Part shown: piece after piece, positions 21,021 to 33,300 of the stretch | Layout: each line of letters opens with the position of its first letter | How positions within the stretch are numbered: position 1 is the first letter of the stretch | Program-made: the position numbers and the translations under genes | Notes under the pieces: generated by a model | Told to the model about the DNA's origin: nothing | Seen by the model: only the letters and a program-made list of their open reading frames with translations | Database searches by the model: none | Assembly: GCA_976226885.1 (NCBI GenBank) | Contig: OZ320317.1 | Span: 34,348,001-34,412,000, forward strand | Direction: 5' to 3' | DNA length: 64,000 nucleotides | Source: Iphione sp. A-MEVVRFRX5 | Lineage: Eukaryota

Positions 21021-24000
21021 TTACAAATTAAAATCCACAGCGAAGGGCGAATAACAAGAACTATGGTAAAAGAAGCCACCGTCGTTTCACCTGCTTTACT
21101 ATGCATACCACCGGTCTGTTGGTCTGCCTGCTGACAACAGTAAAGCGAATGAAAAACATCATAAACCATGTAATAGGCATTAAGGACCGTTTCGGTCGGT
21201 TCTACGCCAAATGCTACTCTAACTGTCGAGAATCCACGATATACAACCAATGAAATTTCGACATCACATCTTTTTTTGACCAGGAGAAATGCTTTCTCTG
21301 CCATGCACCGTAAAGAGCAACACACACTAGTAGGATAGAGATATATCCTTTGAATCAGGCATATTACTACATTTCTTCACTTTTCTTCACTTGTCCTCAC
21401 TTGTACACACACTTTCGCGCGTTTCCGCACAATTATCATACTTTTGCAAGTTAAATTCACCTCTTTTGCCACTATTCCTTGCAAATCTGCCAGTTTTCAT
21501 ACTTTTGCCAGTGCAATTCACTGTCCTTTGCCGCTATTCATCCAGTCATACATCTACCAAAGATCTATCATAGATTCCCCATCATATCACGTACACAAAT
21601 ACACTGTCCACAACACTCCTCAAAAGGCAGCCATGTGCACGAGCTTGCAGGAAACCAAAAACAGTTACAAACGCACATGGACACCTCCCACACACTCCTG
21701 CATTTCCACGCAGGTGAAAAAGAACAGCCCTTAATGGACAGACCAAACTGTGGACATGACCTGAAATCAGGAGAGTGCGAAGTAATACAGAATACTATTT
21801 TCCAAAATAAGTCATGGCCACAGAGCGGATTTTCATGAGTCAGAACATGCATCTGTCGATCCTGTGGCATACGGTGTTAGCGATCAAAGCAAACCTCTCG
21901 CTTTATGCCGACGTGCGACAGTAGTTCATAAATAATCCTCCATCTTACAGCATCCCCAGGTATGCCACTAGAGCCTCGTCAGACATCCAATTATGGTCAT
22001 CATATACAATATGAATATCAATCTGAAAGCTCTCTCTCGGGTCAGTAGGTGCGGTAGGTACTGACTACTTGACATGGCGAGGGTGACATATATTATATTC
22101 ATCGTATAGACTAGATAGAAAGTCATTGTGTGGAACAAGTTGCAAGGGGTATTAACGTTTAAATTATTAGCTGAGATTAAGTCCGCGCTTTTCTAAGTAC
22201 TAGCCAACAACCTTCTCATCTCGAAGCTTGGAGCCCTCTTCTCTCCTGCCCCTTTCCATCAATTTTTCTCTGTCAGCCTATCTCAGTTTGTCTCATTATA
22301 TCTGTATCTTTCTCTCCTAACCCTCAACTCACTCGTCGTCTTGTTTCTATCCCTTTTTGAATGAAAGAAATAAAAGATGGTTTTCTTTCGAAATGCGATT
22401 ACGAGAGAAGAGTTGTACAGCGCCGTTCTGACTAAACACTGGTGATCGTCTTTGGGCCAGTTCCATCATTTTAATTGTGCATTCATGAGAAAATCAAAAT
22501 GCTTTTCTTGAAAATATCATGTGGCCATCCACTGGACCGACCAGAGGACTGATCGCGTTCAAACATGATTACGACAAATAGAGACAGAAAGGCCTTTGCA
22601 AATCCCCTCAGCACCGAATATGGACATAATATCATTTTCCTAGGGAGGTCTAATCACAATAGCTAATCAAGCCTGAAGATTTCCCCAACTGCTGCATCGT
22701 GTGGCGATTTCCAATCCATTTAGTCCAAGCAAGGCGGCGATGGCAGCCGTTTTGGATTCCCTGCAGACTCATTTGACTCGCTGGCCGTCGATAACTGGTG
22801 ACTTAATCCTGGTTCATTAGCATTGGTTCAAGCTGTGAGTATTACCGCGAACAGTGATCAATACATCAGTACTCCGTAATAGTATCTGTCACTGAATTTA
22901 CAAGGCATAATTATCATCTCGTAGTAACAACCGGCAGATTTGTGTCAGCTTATTGAGCCACCTAAAGTAAAGCTGTGCGTCAGTTGTGTTATACATATAA
23001 TGCTTTATCACGTAGTACAGTTACATGTATTAAAGAAAGGGATTGTCAACATTTTCCGGCTTACACATGTAGGTAATGCCACCAGTGATCAAAAGTAGCA
23101 ACCGTGTAGTGTTTTTAAGGGTGCCCATTTTTTACTTGCTACCTCTACTGATCGGTGACGGTTGGATTCTGGTGCGTCAATGTTGGTTTACCAGTTCTAC
23201 TTGAACCAGAACATACCGTAACCAATGTTTATCAGAACGCACCTGCCGCCACAAAACGCACCTTCACAAAAATACTTAATCAGCGAATTTGTTTTTGGAC
23301 AATGACAATAAATTTACCCAGACGGCCTGTTAAGTTTCCACACCATTTTTTCCTGGCCAAGCCAGCAGGTGTCGCAGATTTGATTTCAGATACAATGTAC
23401 TAAGTAACCCGGCACTATCAAAAGTGTCCGTATCTGGTCACTCGTGCCGGCTACAATTCTAACCTCGACAGCTGAATCTGGTAATGAGTGGTATCAGGCC
23501 TGTGCAAATGGTATTGCGTTACAGCTTTGACTGAACTCATATAACGCGGTGCGTATATATGTACATGGCGAGTATTCTTTGTCACATTACCTAGTACAAT
23601 CTCGGGAACGGTTCTTTATGAAAACTAAGCAAAGATATAGTTGTCTGAAGACGTAGAAAATGTTATGAAATTTCCTAAGTGTCATTGTTCAATTGGCAGC
23701 GAATTCTACGAAATACGTAATACTAAAGAATCCAGAGTGTGCAGCCTTTGGGGGATATCTTTACTAAGCTGATTGTAGATATATTGTAATACGACAATTG
23801 AAATGTGTTTTTCTTTGCATTCTAATATAAGAAATTTATATTTACCGTTTTGCGTGAGGTAAGGGACGAGAAATAGAGTGTACATGTGTGTATATAATAG
23901 AGTTATGTTAATTCAAGAAAACATAGTTTCAACTGGATATTTCATATAAAAGAATACAAACGAGTGCAAAGAGTGCAAAGAAACTGAAGATGACAGTCAC

Positions 24001-25751
24001 CCCAGCGAACCTGACATTAAAACATCTAGATAAGACACGTAGCAGAAAATCCAAGCTTCGATGTCTTTACTGCATCAAGACAATCGAACATTACATTGAT
24101 CTTTTTTAAATCTGTGACGTTACTCCTGCATATAAGTTTCGAGTAGAATATTTTAGCGCAGGGTTGTGATATAATTATTCAGCTCAAGGAATGTTTTGAG
24201 AACGCCTTGAACACTAATAGTTGTGTCATGTAAGATACCTTTCAGTCTTTTAAGACCTCATGGCTTTAAAATTATCATCACTTGGGACCTAAACCCCTGC
24301 TTGTTATTACCTTTTTTTGTTTTGTGCACATTTTTCGAGTGGTTTCCTTCACGCTGCTAGATGGACCTGTAATCCCAGATAACGTATAAATTAATTCTGT
24401 CCTGGTTATGTGCACTGAAAAACTAAAAAGAAAAACCCATGTTTCCCGACGGTGCTTCTTGAATCAGATAACAATGTATCGTACGATAATACTGTGGTGT
24501 AAGATTAAGAGCAATATTTCATGTTATGAAACACCGACCGACTCTACTAAAGGGGCAGATCCCTGGCCCTTGCGCTTGGTCCGGTGCAGAGAGGAACCCG
24601 TATTTAATTTGTCACTGGTCTAGGAAACCTGTCAGGTGATGTCACAATGACGTCCGAGCGTCCAATGTGTCGAACAACGGCCTTTCTTAGATTGTCACCG
24701 TTGCGGCAAAGGCGACCCCAGGTCGGAGGTAGGTCTGCCTTTGGGCGTCATCGTCACTCACGACTCCGTCAATACACATGCCCCCCCCCCCTCCCTTCTT
24801 CCCTTCCGTCTACGCTCTAGACCATAATCCCAAAAATGCTCAGCCTTAAAAATTCAATCCAATTACCATGCTACGGTTACCAACTCCCCCGCCCCCAATC
24901 ACCGCTCCTACTCTGCCTTCTGTTCTTACTATGCCTCCCGTCCTCCGTCAACCTCGCATCTTTGCCCTAGACTCTCTCCGAGGCAGGCTGGCATGGAAGG
25001 AACGATTTGATTGGCTGGCTCTCCGGTGTCTCATCACAGAAACAGCTACTTCCGGTGTCGAGAGGTCACGTGGCCTGGGAGCAAGGTATTGTGGGAAGGG
25101 CCCTCGGGAAGGACGAGATGTGGACACGGACCTCAGAATGAATGAGAGAGACACACGGCTGGAGTCTCTATGAAATAAAAGATTGAACCTCCGTCAATAC
25201 GCATCTTCTACCAATTCTAAGAAAGTGACTCGATAAGCAGCCAAGCAATATAATCATTACTTCTTGATTTGATCATCAGTCAGGCAGGGGGATTTATTTG
25301 CCTTCAAAATGTAAAAACTAAGGAACAAGCTTGAATGACGAAATGTATGATAGAAGTTGGGACATTTTATCAGTTTGTCCTTCAAATCGGCGTTCCATTG
25401 CAATGTACCTTAAACGTCCGAAAATCTGAAAACTAATTTAATGATGATACTAATTTCTTCAAATGATTGAATTAGGCTCTATTTTAAATCATCGGATTAT
25501 TACAGAAATAGTAATCCCTTTCAGTTCAAGGCCGAATCACCGGAGTAATTCTCTTAGTGTAAGGTTCAAATATGTCGTGCCATTTCTGTCCTCTGGCGTG
25601 GATTCACCTATATGGCTTTTAAAACCGCTTAAATAAGAATAAATAGTGGGGAATCAATTCTGCAAGTTTTCATAACGGCTATCATCCGAGATGTGGAAGC
25701 AATGTCCATTCATCGTGTATGAATCAAATAGTTACTTCTCATAAACAACTA

Positions 25752-26470
25752 CAGTCCACTCCCTGCCTGCGGACGCGTCTCAGAAGCGGACGCGCTTCAA
25801 ATGCGGACGATTTGACGCAGAACGAAATTATTTCCTATGGTTAAGCATTATTGGCCAACGTCTCCAATGCGGACGACAGAATTTAGGGGACGCCTCCCTG
25901 CGGACGGCTGTCGCTCGACAATTACTCACAAGTTGGGGGCCTCTCAGACCCCCTGACACCCTCAAAGAGTAGGATTTGATTATGAAGATATGAATAACCC
26001 CAGTGGACGAGGTGTTGTCGCGCGAATTTGCTGCCAAATTGAGAGGTATGGAGTGTCAACGGCGACCTCTCTGATGTCGCACACCCTGGAGAGGGAGGTG
26101 GGAGAGGTATGGAGTGTCAATGGCGACCTCTCTGATGTCTCTCACACCCTGGAGGGACTGTCTCTCACACCTCTATTAGCCATCAAATTCAGCACTTTTT
26201 GGACTTTTAGTCATCAAATTCAGCACTTTTTAGATTTAAAGTCATCAAATTCAGCACTTTTTGGACTTAAAGTCATCAAATTCAGCACTTTTTGGACGTT
26301 TCAGAGAGTATACACATGTTACTAGACAGAGAGGGAGAAAGGGATATTGCTTCCATCCCAGACCCCCTACAAAATTTACCCCACCTGGCCTGATCTCCAA
26401 TGCGGACGCCTCTCAAATGCGGACAGTTTGGGTCAGAACGCAGGGTGTCCGGAATGGAGAGAGTGTACTG
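25752..26470. mobile_element. Non-autonomous pogo/Tigger-like (Tc1/mariner superfamily) element
   Basis: TA on both sides (25750-51, 26471-72); TIRs CAGTCCACTCCCT / reverse complement CAGTACACTCTCT; multiple subterminal TGCGGAC repeats. Confidence 0.7.
26181..26297. repeat. 31-bp tandem repeat x ~4 inside the MITE
   Basis: CATCAAATTCAGCACTTTTTGGACTTAAAGT-like units start at 26181, 26212, 26243 and 26274. Confidence 0.9.
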
Positions 26471-26591
26471 TATCCACTAGTCGGCAAATACCACACAACT
26501 CATGTGCTTGTCAGACTCAAGGAAAGACTCTTTGAAGAGGGGGCATGTATACATATGTATTTATTCATAATAATATTTATACACCTATATT

Positions 26592-27395
26592 TACAATTTA
26601 AATAGTTATATAGCTATATGTCGCAAAAGGACGATTGTTGTTATATGTAGGTGGCTAAGCATCCAGTACGTCATTGTATTAAATAACGACACTTTGCCAT
26701 TTGATTTTTTCTTATAAAGTGAATGGTTATATAATATCGCTTAATAATTGTGATTTTATGCAAAAACTTAAGCTTATCTTTGATTTTGTTCCAAGAGATC
26801 AAAGAGTTTCATCACATGGTTTCAGATGTGGTGGAACTACTTTTCTGGCAAGTCAAGGTGTGGATATTAATTCCATTAAGTCCATTAAGTCAGGCGGGAA
26901 GTGGAAGTCAATAATTGTGATTTTATGCAAAAACTTAAGCTTATCTTTGATTTTGTTCCAAGAGATCAAAGAGTTTCATCACATGGTTTCAGATGTGGTG
27001 GAACTACTTTTCTTGCAAGTCAAGGTGTGGATATTAATTCCATTAAGTCAGGTGGGAAGTGGAAGTCATAGTGTGTATTGAAATATGTTGATCTCGAATT
27101 TAATAATCAGCTGAATTTAGAGAGAGATATTGTTTTTTCTCTGTAGTTTGGTTTGGGCCATGTGTATATTCCCATTCCCTTGTTGTGTTGTCAGTAGAGA
27201 CATATATACAATATAAATAGTTATATACATATAAGTCACAAAAGGACGATTGTTGTTATATGCAGGTAGCTAAGCATCCAGTGCATCATTGTATTCCGTA
27301 ACGACACTTCGCTATTTGATTTTTTCTGTACTATGTTAATAAAGGTCGTGTGTATATTCCCATTCCCTTGTCGTGTTTTCAGTAGAGACATATAT
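26592..27395 (+). mobile_element. Internally deleted (non-autonomous) Ngaro-type element: A1-[YR 3' end]-B1-A2-B2
   Basis: A copies ~26592-26712 and ~27207-27327 (constant offset 615); B copies 27161-27207 and 27349-27395 (offset 188); YR C-terminal fragment between A1 and B1. Confidence 0.85.
26713..27146 (+). pseudogene. Tyrosine recombinase C-terminal fragment, tandemly duplicated
   Basis: SSHGFRCGGTTFLASQG..IKSGGKWKS*CVLKYV (HxxR, W, Y motifs); copies 26743-26909 and 26910-27067; terminal stop TAG at 27144-27146. Confidence 0.85.
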
Positions 27396-30300
27396 GCATA
27401 TATATCAGAGGGGTTCCTTCCTCCCTGTCTGCATCGCATTATCGGGATTCAGAGCCAGGTGGCCCCTCACCAAGCTCGAAATAATTAAAGCCTCGACTGG
27501 TGGTGAACAACAGAACCATAGATATTGTCCGTTTCATAATACATATTTGGTAGTTAATTAGAAAAACTTCACGTGCGTTTCTTTCAGACCACAATGTATT
27601 TTTATTGATTATGAAGTTTCTTTTATGATGGTGAAGTGTTTATACCTTGATATATAGAACACCTGATACGACACATTTTTCACCTTGCGTGTTTCACCCA
27701 AATCGTACATGGAAATTTCCAATCCCGTACTGTGACAATAAGTATACTTATGCCGAATCTATTAAGGCAATGGCCACTTAATCTACAATGATTGATATGG
27801 GCTTTAATTATCTCGTAAGGAAGGGTTTTTTCTTTACTACGAACGAGAATATAAGCCATCGTTGACATTGCGTAGACAAACTGAAGTCTCTCATCATCGA
27901 TATAGATTTCAGTTGAGACACTAACGCATGTCCCTCAACGTTTACTGACATAGTTACACGGTAAACAGGTGAGCCTTTCTAATCCACCGGAGGTGTATTC
28001 ATCGGGGCAAGCTCATCATAAACGCAGTGTAATGTATAATGTGCCATTGGCATTTGAAAAGCAGATTTAACTAACTTTTTCTATTGAATGACATATGCAC
28101 CCAAGAATAAAATAGGTCTTGCCGACGACACACCAAAATGCAGTCCTGTCCTGAACGCCTACATCCCACCATGTCATGTCCCAATAGATCGGATGACTGA
28201 TTTGCATCTTTCCGCCGCCTTGTCGCCAGTGCCCCCCCCCCCTCCCCCCTGCTCCTCCTGGCCCGCGGACCGGAAGGTCGGACCAAGTCTCGCCAAGCCT
28301 TATGTATACCACGTGACAGGTCCTCCATGGATCATGTGACCACAACTATTTAAGCCACTGTCAACCCACTTATGATAGGTACATAGGAGATTGACACATG
28401 TCTAACTGAAACTTTTATTTTACATTTAAAAAGCAAAGGTGTCTGTGCGTATTGCACAGGCGTCCTCCCCCGTTTGGATTGACTTGTTACACAATTGAGA
28501 CCAGAGTGTGCACTTGGTGCAGGATAACGTGTGCTCTCGCTCAACTGGCCGATTTGTCTAAATGTCCTGTTGTTTCCCTCATAAGAGAGCCATCAGAGCT
28601 CAGGGGACCGGCAAAGAGGATAGGTAACTTTTGAGATTGAGGCAAAATGGTTACACAACAGGGTGTAGCCTACAGATAACCGTCCCTGATAACCCTAACA
28701 TTTTCCTTACTTCTTCACTACTTATGACGGCTTTGACTTTGCGGTGTGAGTTCAAAGTTTTTTTTTCTGAGAGCAAGTGATGTAAAAACGTACGTTTACA
28801 AATTTTGAAATATCAAGGCGTTCTCAAGACAATCTGTATATTATTTCAACAGTTTAAGCTATCAGTGGGGTAGCATGGGGACTTAGCGAAAACATATCCT
28901 CTTAAGGCTAGTAATCGGAACTACCTCATATGTCCGTGTTAAATGTAGCAGGATAAAAGAAATGTCTCTCAAATATCCAAAGATAGAGGAAATGAGATGA
29001 AGCTGAGTCAATCTTTCGTGAGGGATATGTCACACACAGTGTGTTCTGACTTGTTGTATCTAGCGTGGAAATAGGCCCTAACATGAGCAAAAGCATAATG
29101 AAAGTACCGATGGGCAAGTTAATTGACACTGGACAGCGTAGAAAAACATTGAGAATATCGTCTACGGAAACAGATGAGGGAAGGAAATATTATACGATAT
29201 TCACAGAGAGATATTTGTCCTGATGAAGACCGTGATATATCACTTTACAATAATATAGAAAGAGACTTCTTTATACAGACTGTCTAGTGCATTATATAGA
29301 ACAGGCAGTGGACTATGGCGATAGAACTATGCGATGCAGCAGATATTGTATTGTCGCTGAAAGTTTCATTGCAAAAATAGAGTGGGAATCCACCACAGAT
29401 CAATGATCAATATCTACCATGCAGTTCGCGGTATAGGCTGCAAGGCATCAATATGCTGTAGTCAGTCTCGACGCCTTAAATCCGCGGGCCTCGCCCCCCC
29501 TCCCCTCCTTGTTCCCTGTGATACCCCAATCTCCTTTCCCTGGCAGTTTGCGCCATATTCTCTGTATGGCGTGCGGTGTGCCGGCTTTTGTGGTGCAGCA
29601 CCTGCCACAATTGGATCCGTTACTATTCAAGCGTTCAGTTTCGCCTCCCCCAACTTCACCTCAAGCGATATACACCCACTCGTCGTAGAACAGCGAAAGC
29701 GCCAATGCCTTAGAGAAGACGGCAGAGCCTTGTTAATGTCAGCTGGTATCCTGCGACAGGGACCGCCCGTAGGAGGATATTGCGCAATGCACTAGTCGTG
29801 ATTCGATTGGCTGAAGCAGGCGTACGCGCCCCAAGCAAGCGGATCTGGAAATGTGGTGTCCCCTGGCGGCGTTTGGAAGAAGCATTATCACATCATCAAG
29901 CTGTATTTCTGAACGGTTGTGGGAGCTCTGTGCGCAGTGGTATGAGCACATGCATCCGTGGATACACAGATACGTGTATGCAACTACGTCTTCGATCAGA
30001 CACGCATTGATACGTTTACATATGTGTAAATAATTGTATTCATGTGTAAAGTAATCCTTCCCTATTCAGCACCTCACTTTTCCAGTGACCTCACTATTCT
30101 AAGCAAATCCATTTTGGAATAAACCTTTTCTAAAAACAAATTCACTAAAAAAAACTCGCAGTGCTGAAAAACTACATGTTGCTGTATATCTCTCTTCCCT
30201 CCTAGGACTTACTTTATATACTTCAAGTTCCTATCACTGAGAGCTTTTGCTCCATTTTCCAAGGCAAAGAAAGCCATTCTTGCCGTTAGAATATAGTGGT

Positions 30301-33300
30301 GCATTTCCTGATAAAGTCGGCGCACATTCCTCAGACAAAGCTTTACAGTTATATAATTTGGTCTTATAGAAGCCCTGCTAATGCAAGAGGGGCACATGTA
30401 TGTGCCTAACTTCATGTACAGCCGCCCCTGATCAACCGGATGTGCACAGTGCATCACCGCTGAAACTGTTGAGACGTATGGGTGTTCAGCTACCCCGAAC
30501 CAACAGAACACAGTATAGATTATGTGTAATGTTTTCAGTCATTTTATTGACTGTTTTTACGTCGTTTTGAGTATATTTAGACACAGTCTGCACTGTTTTC
30601 TCTCGCTGGGCCAGATACGCCGCTGTTTACTGGTATGATAAGAAGATGTTGGCAGAGCTGCATTCCCCATGTAAATAGATACACTTGTGAGAACGAGGAA
30701 AAACTGTACCTGGTCGGTTCACGACTGGATTTTCTATAGCACTACTTGTACAGTGAAATTTGGTTAGTTACTATGACTGTATACATGAAGAAATAATTTT
30801 AGTTGAGTATAACATTATAACAAGAGGTCACTTTGTTTTCTCAGTGCGGTGCGTCATGCAATCATACATTTTTTAATTTTGCAACATGTAGGTCCTAGAA
30901 TTCTTTAGAAAAGATATGACATTCATGAGAGAATGTCTTCCACGTAACATGCAATTTGCACCTTTCCACCTAAAGCTGCCTTGTCCACAACTGCCTTTGT
31001 AGTAAAATATCTAACAATCCACGCTGAACCTCATGGTTCTGTAAACCTCTACATTTTGGCGTATCCAGCTGACTGCGCGGGGTGGAGTCCTTTCTAAACC
31101 CCCTAAAACCTTTCTTCCGGGCCCACTTGTCATCCTACTACATTCTTCATGTAGTAAGAGTACTTTTTCTCTAAATATCAAAAGATGCATGTATATCGCA
31201 TTGATACAAAACATACCTGCCGGAAATCAACGACATTTATGCCAACTTAGCGCACGAACATCCTCTGCGTATACACGCAAGCATGTACATATGCACAGAG
31301 ACAAACACGTAAACACATGACAGCGCGTATCTTTGGAATATTGCAGATTAAAGGTAATGGAGGAATTGCGTTTGCCGCACGAAAAGAGACAATTCTGGGG
31401 TGAAATCTAAGCACGTCATTGCGATGGGGAAAGTGGCGGCAGAAGGGACGATTTCTAGACCGATGATACGTTTTTAATTTCGTTCGGACCGCTAATCTGT
31501 CAACCAGTTTCGTAAATATTCGACACACATCGCGATAGCACATCACTTGATCAATGTCTGTCCAACCACCACCTTTGTAATGTCAACCCACCTCCCGATG
31601 ATCTCCCGTAAAGAATCCCATCGGAGATCACTATCCGAAACCGCTCAGCAGTGGTTTCGGGAACTACCAAGGAGCACTTCCGCTGTAAATGATCGCGTCA
31701 GGTTTTGTGTTGAATGACAGTTTCCGATTGGCTGTCATTGTTTCGGTTTACCAGAATAGTTGGGTTTCAAAATTTATGTAAAAAGAGAGATTATATTGTT
31801 GAAAGATGGTATCTAAAGATGTTGGGTGATGCTGTTATCTTGTTGGATATCATTGCCAGGTGTGGCAAATGAGCTTGATAGCGTTGTTTTGCCGTCGAAT
31901 CTGAACATATGTTCATCATATGATTAACACTTTATATACATGTATATTTAAAGCTGCATATGCTGTGTATGCTAAGAAATGGCAGAATATGGAGTATTAA
32001 GCTCGGTGGTATGATAGCATGAAGGAGAATAGCGAGGGGCGGGTGTGGGGCACTATGACAACGTACCAATGAATAAATATTAGATGAATAAATCAATCTT
32101 TAAAAAGATAATGTTCAGATTCACGGACAAAACCGGAAAAAAATAATAAAATGAGTCAGTATATATCGTTCCACTCCTGGAATGATGCATTCGCTGAGAT
32201 CCTCGTAGTATGAAGAGACTGAGGCATCATCCGATGATGATAATTGGGGCTAGACATATAGAAAAATGTCAGTGGATTTGATTATGTGAGAGGGTGATGA
32301 CAATTGTACATATTTATTTTCCCTTTGTAAGGAAGGCATTCACTTTAGTCGTTACCACGTGATGTCTTGTCTTCAGCATGCAAACCAAAGCATTGCCTTA
32401 AAATATTTTCGATTGCGCGATCAACAATCTTGTATCTCTCGGTGAGAATTTTTTCTCTCTCGAAGAAAATTACTTGGTTCCCAGAAATACTCCTACTCGA
32501 AGGAAAGTTCTATATGTGACCTTTTATTATAGGACACTGTGTATATCGTTCTCGCAGGAGAGTTTCATCTGACAATTCCAGCATATTCACTGTAGTTGCA
32601 GCTCCTTTCAGATAGATGTCTCTCTGTCCTCCTCACAATCCCATTTCTTTATTTTTTACATTTACTTCGAAAGCGTTTCCAATGTGACTTCATAAAATAA
32701 AAAAAAGAATATTTATTGTCTCGTTCATCTTTCATGAGAAAAATAGTTAATTCATCAGTATGACGAAAGTCTTCCAGACCGCAGTGAACAACACGTGAGA
32801 TACGTGTCACAGGGTGGTGGGTGAGTGACAGGTAGAAAAGAGAAGCAGTAGAATGCTGGCAGACAGTGACGAGGATCACTCGCGCTAGCCTTCCTGGATG
32901 CAGGTGTCTCGTCATGGGTATTCCCCCCATGGACATTTGTTCCGCTAAAAAAAAAGGAATCGGGAGAAATAACAACGGAAAACGGAGCACCGCGATCCAT
33001 TTGTATCAAGACCTGTCAATTGTTGTCGCAGTCGTGCAGAGCTGCCGTTGAATGGTACGAATTTCTTGCAGGAAGCGCTCAGATTGATTTTTTCATTAGT
33101 TCCCGCAGTAGTCTTCAAATCCAATACCTTTGTCTGCAAGGACACTGACATTTGTGATGAATCCTCTTTTCAGAATGCGCACCATGAGCATTGTCATCGC
33201 GGGAGGCACCTCATCTCGGAGATAACCAAACGTTTCATTTTAACAACTTTACTTTAACAAGTTTTAAAAAAAAATGTTACAAACACTATCAAGCGTAACA

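Noticed and set aside
26181-26297. Regular ~31-bp repeats as a CRISPR array
   Set aside because: Head-to-tail units without unique spacers, inside a eukaryotic MITE, and no cas genes.
30212-30375. Possible minus-strand internal exon ending at a GTAAGT donor
   Set aside because: Product unrecognisable and no partner exons identified.
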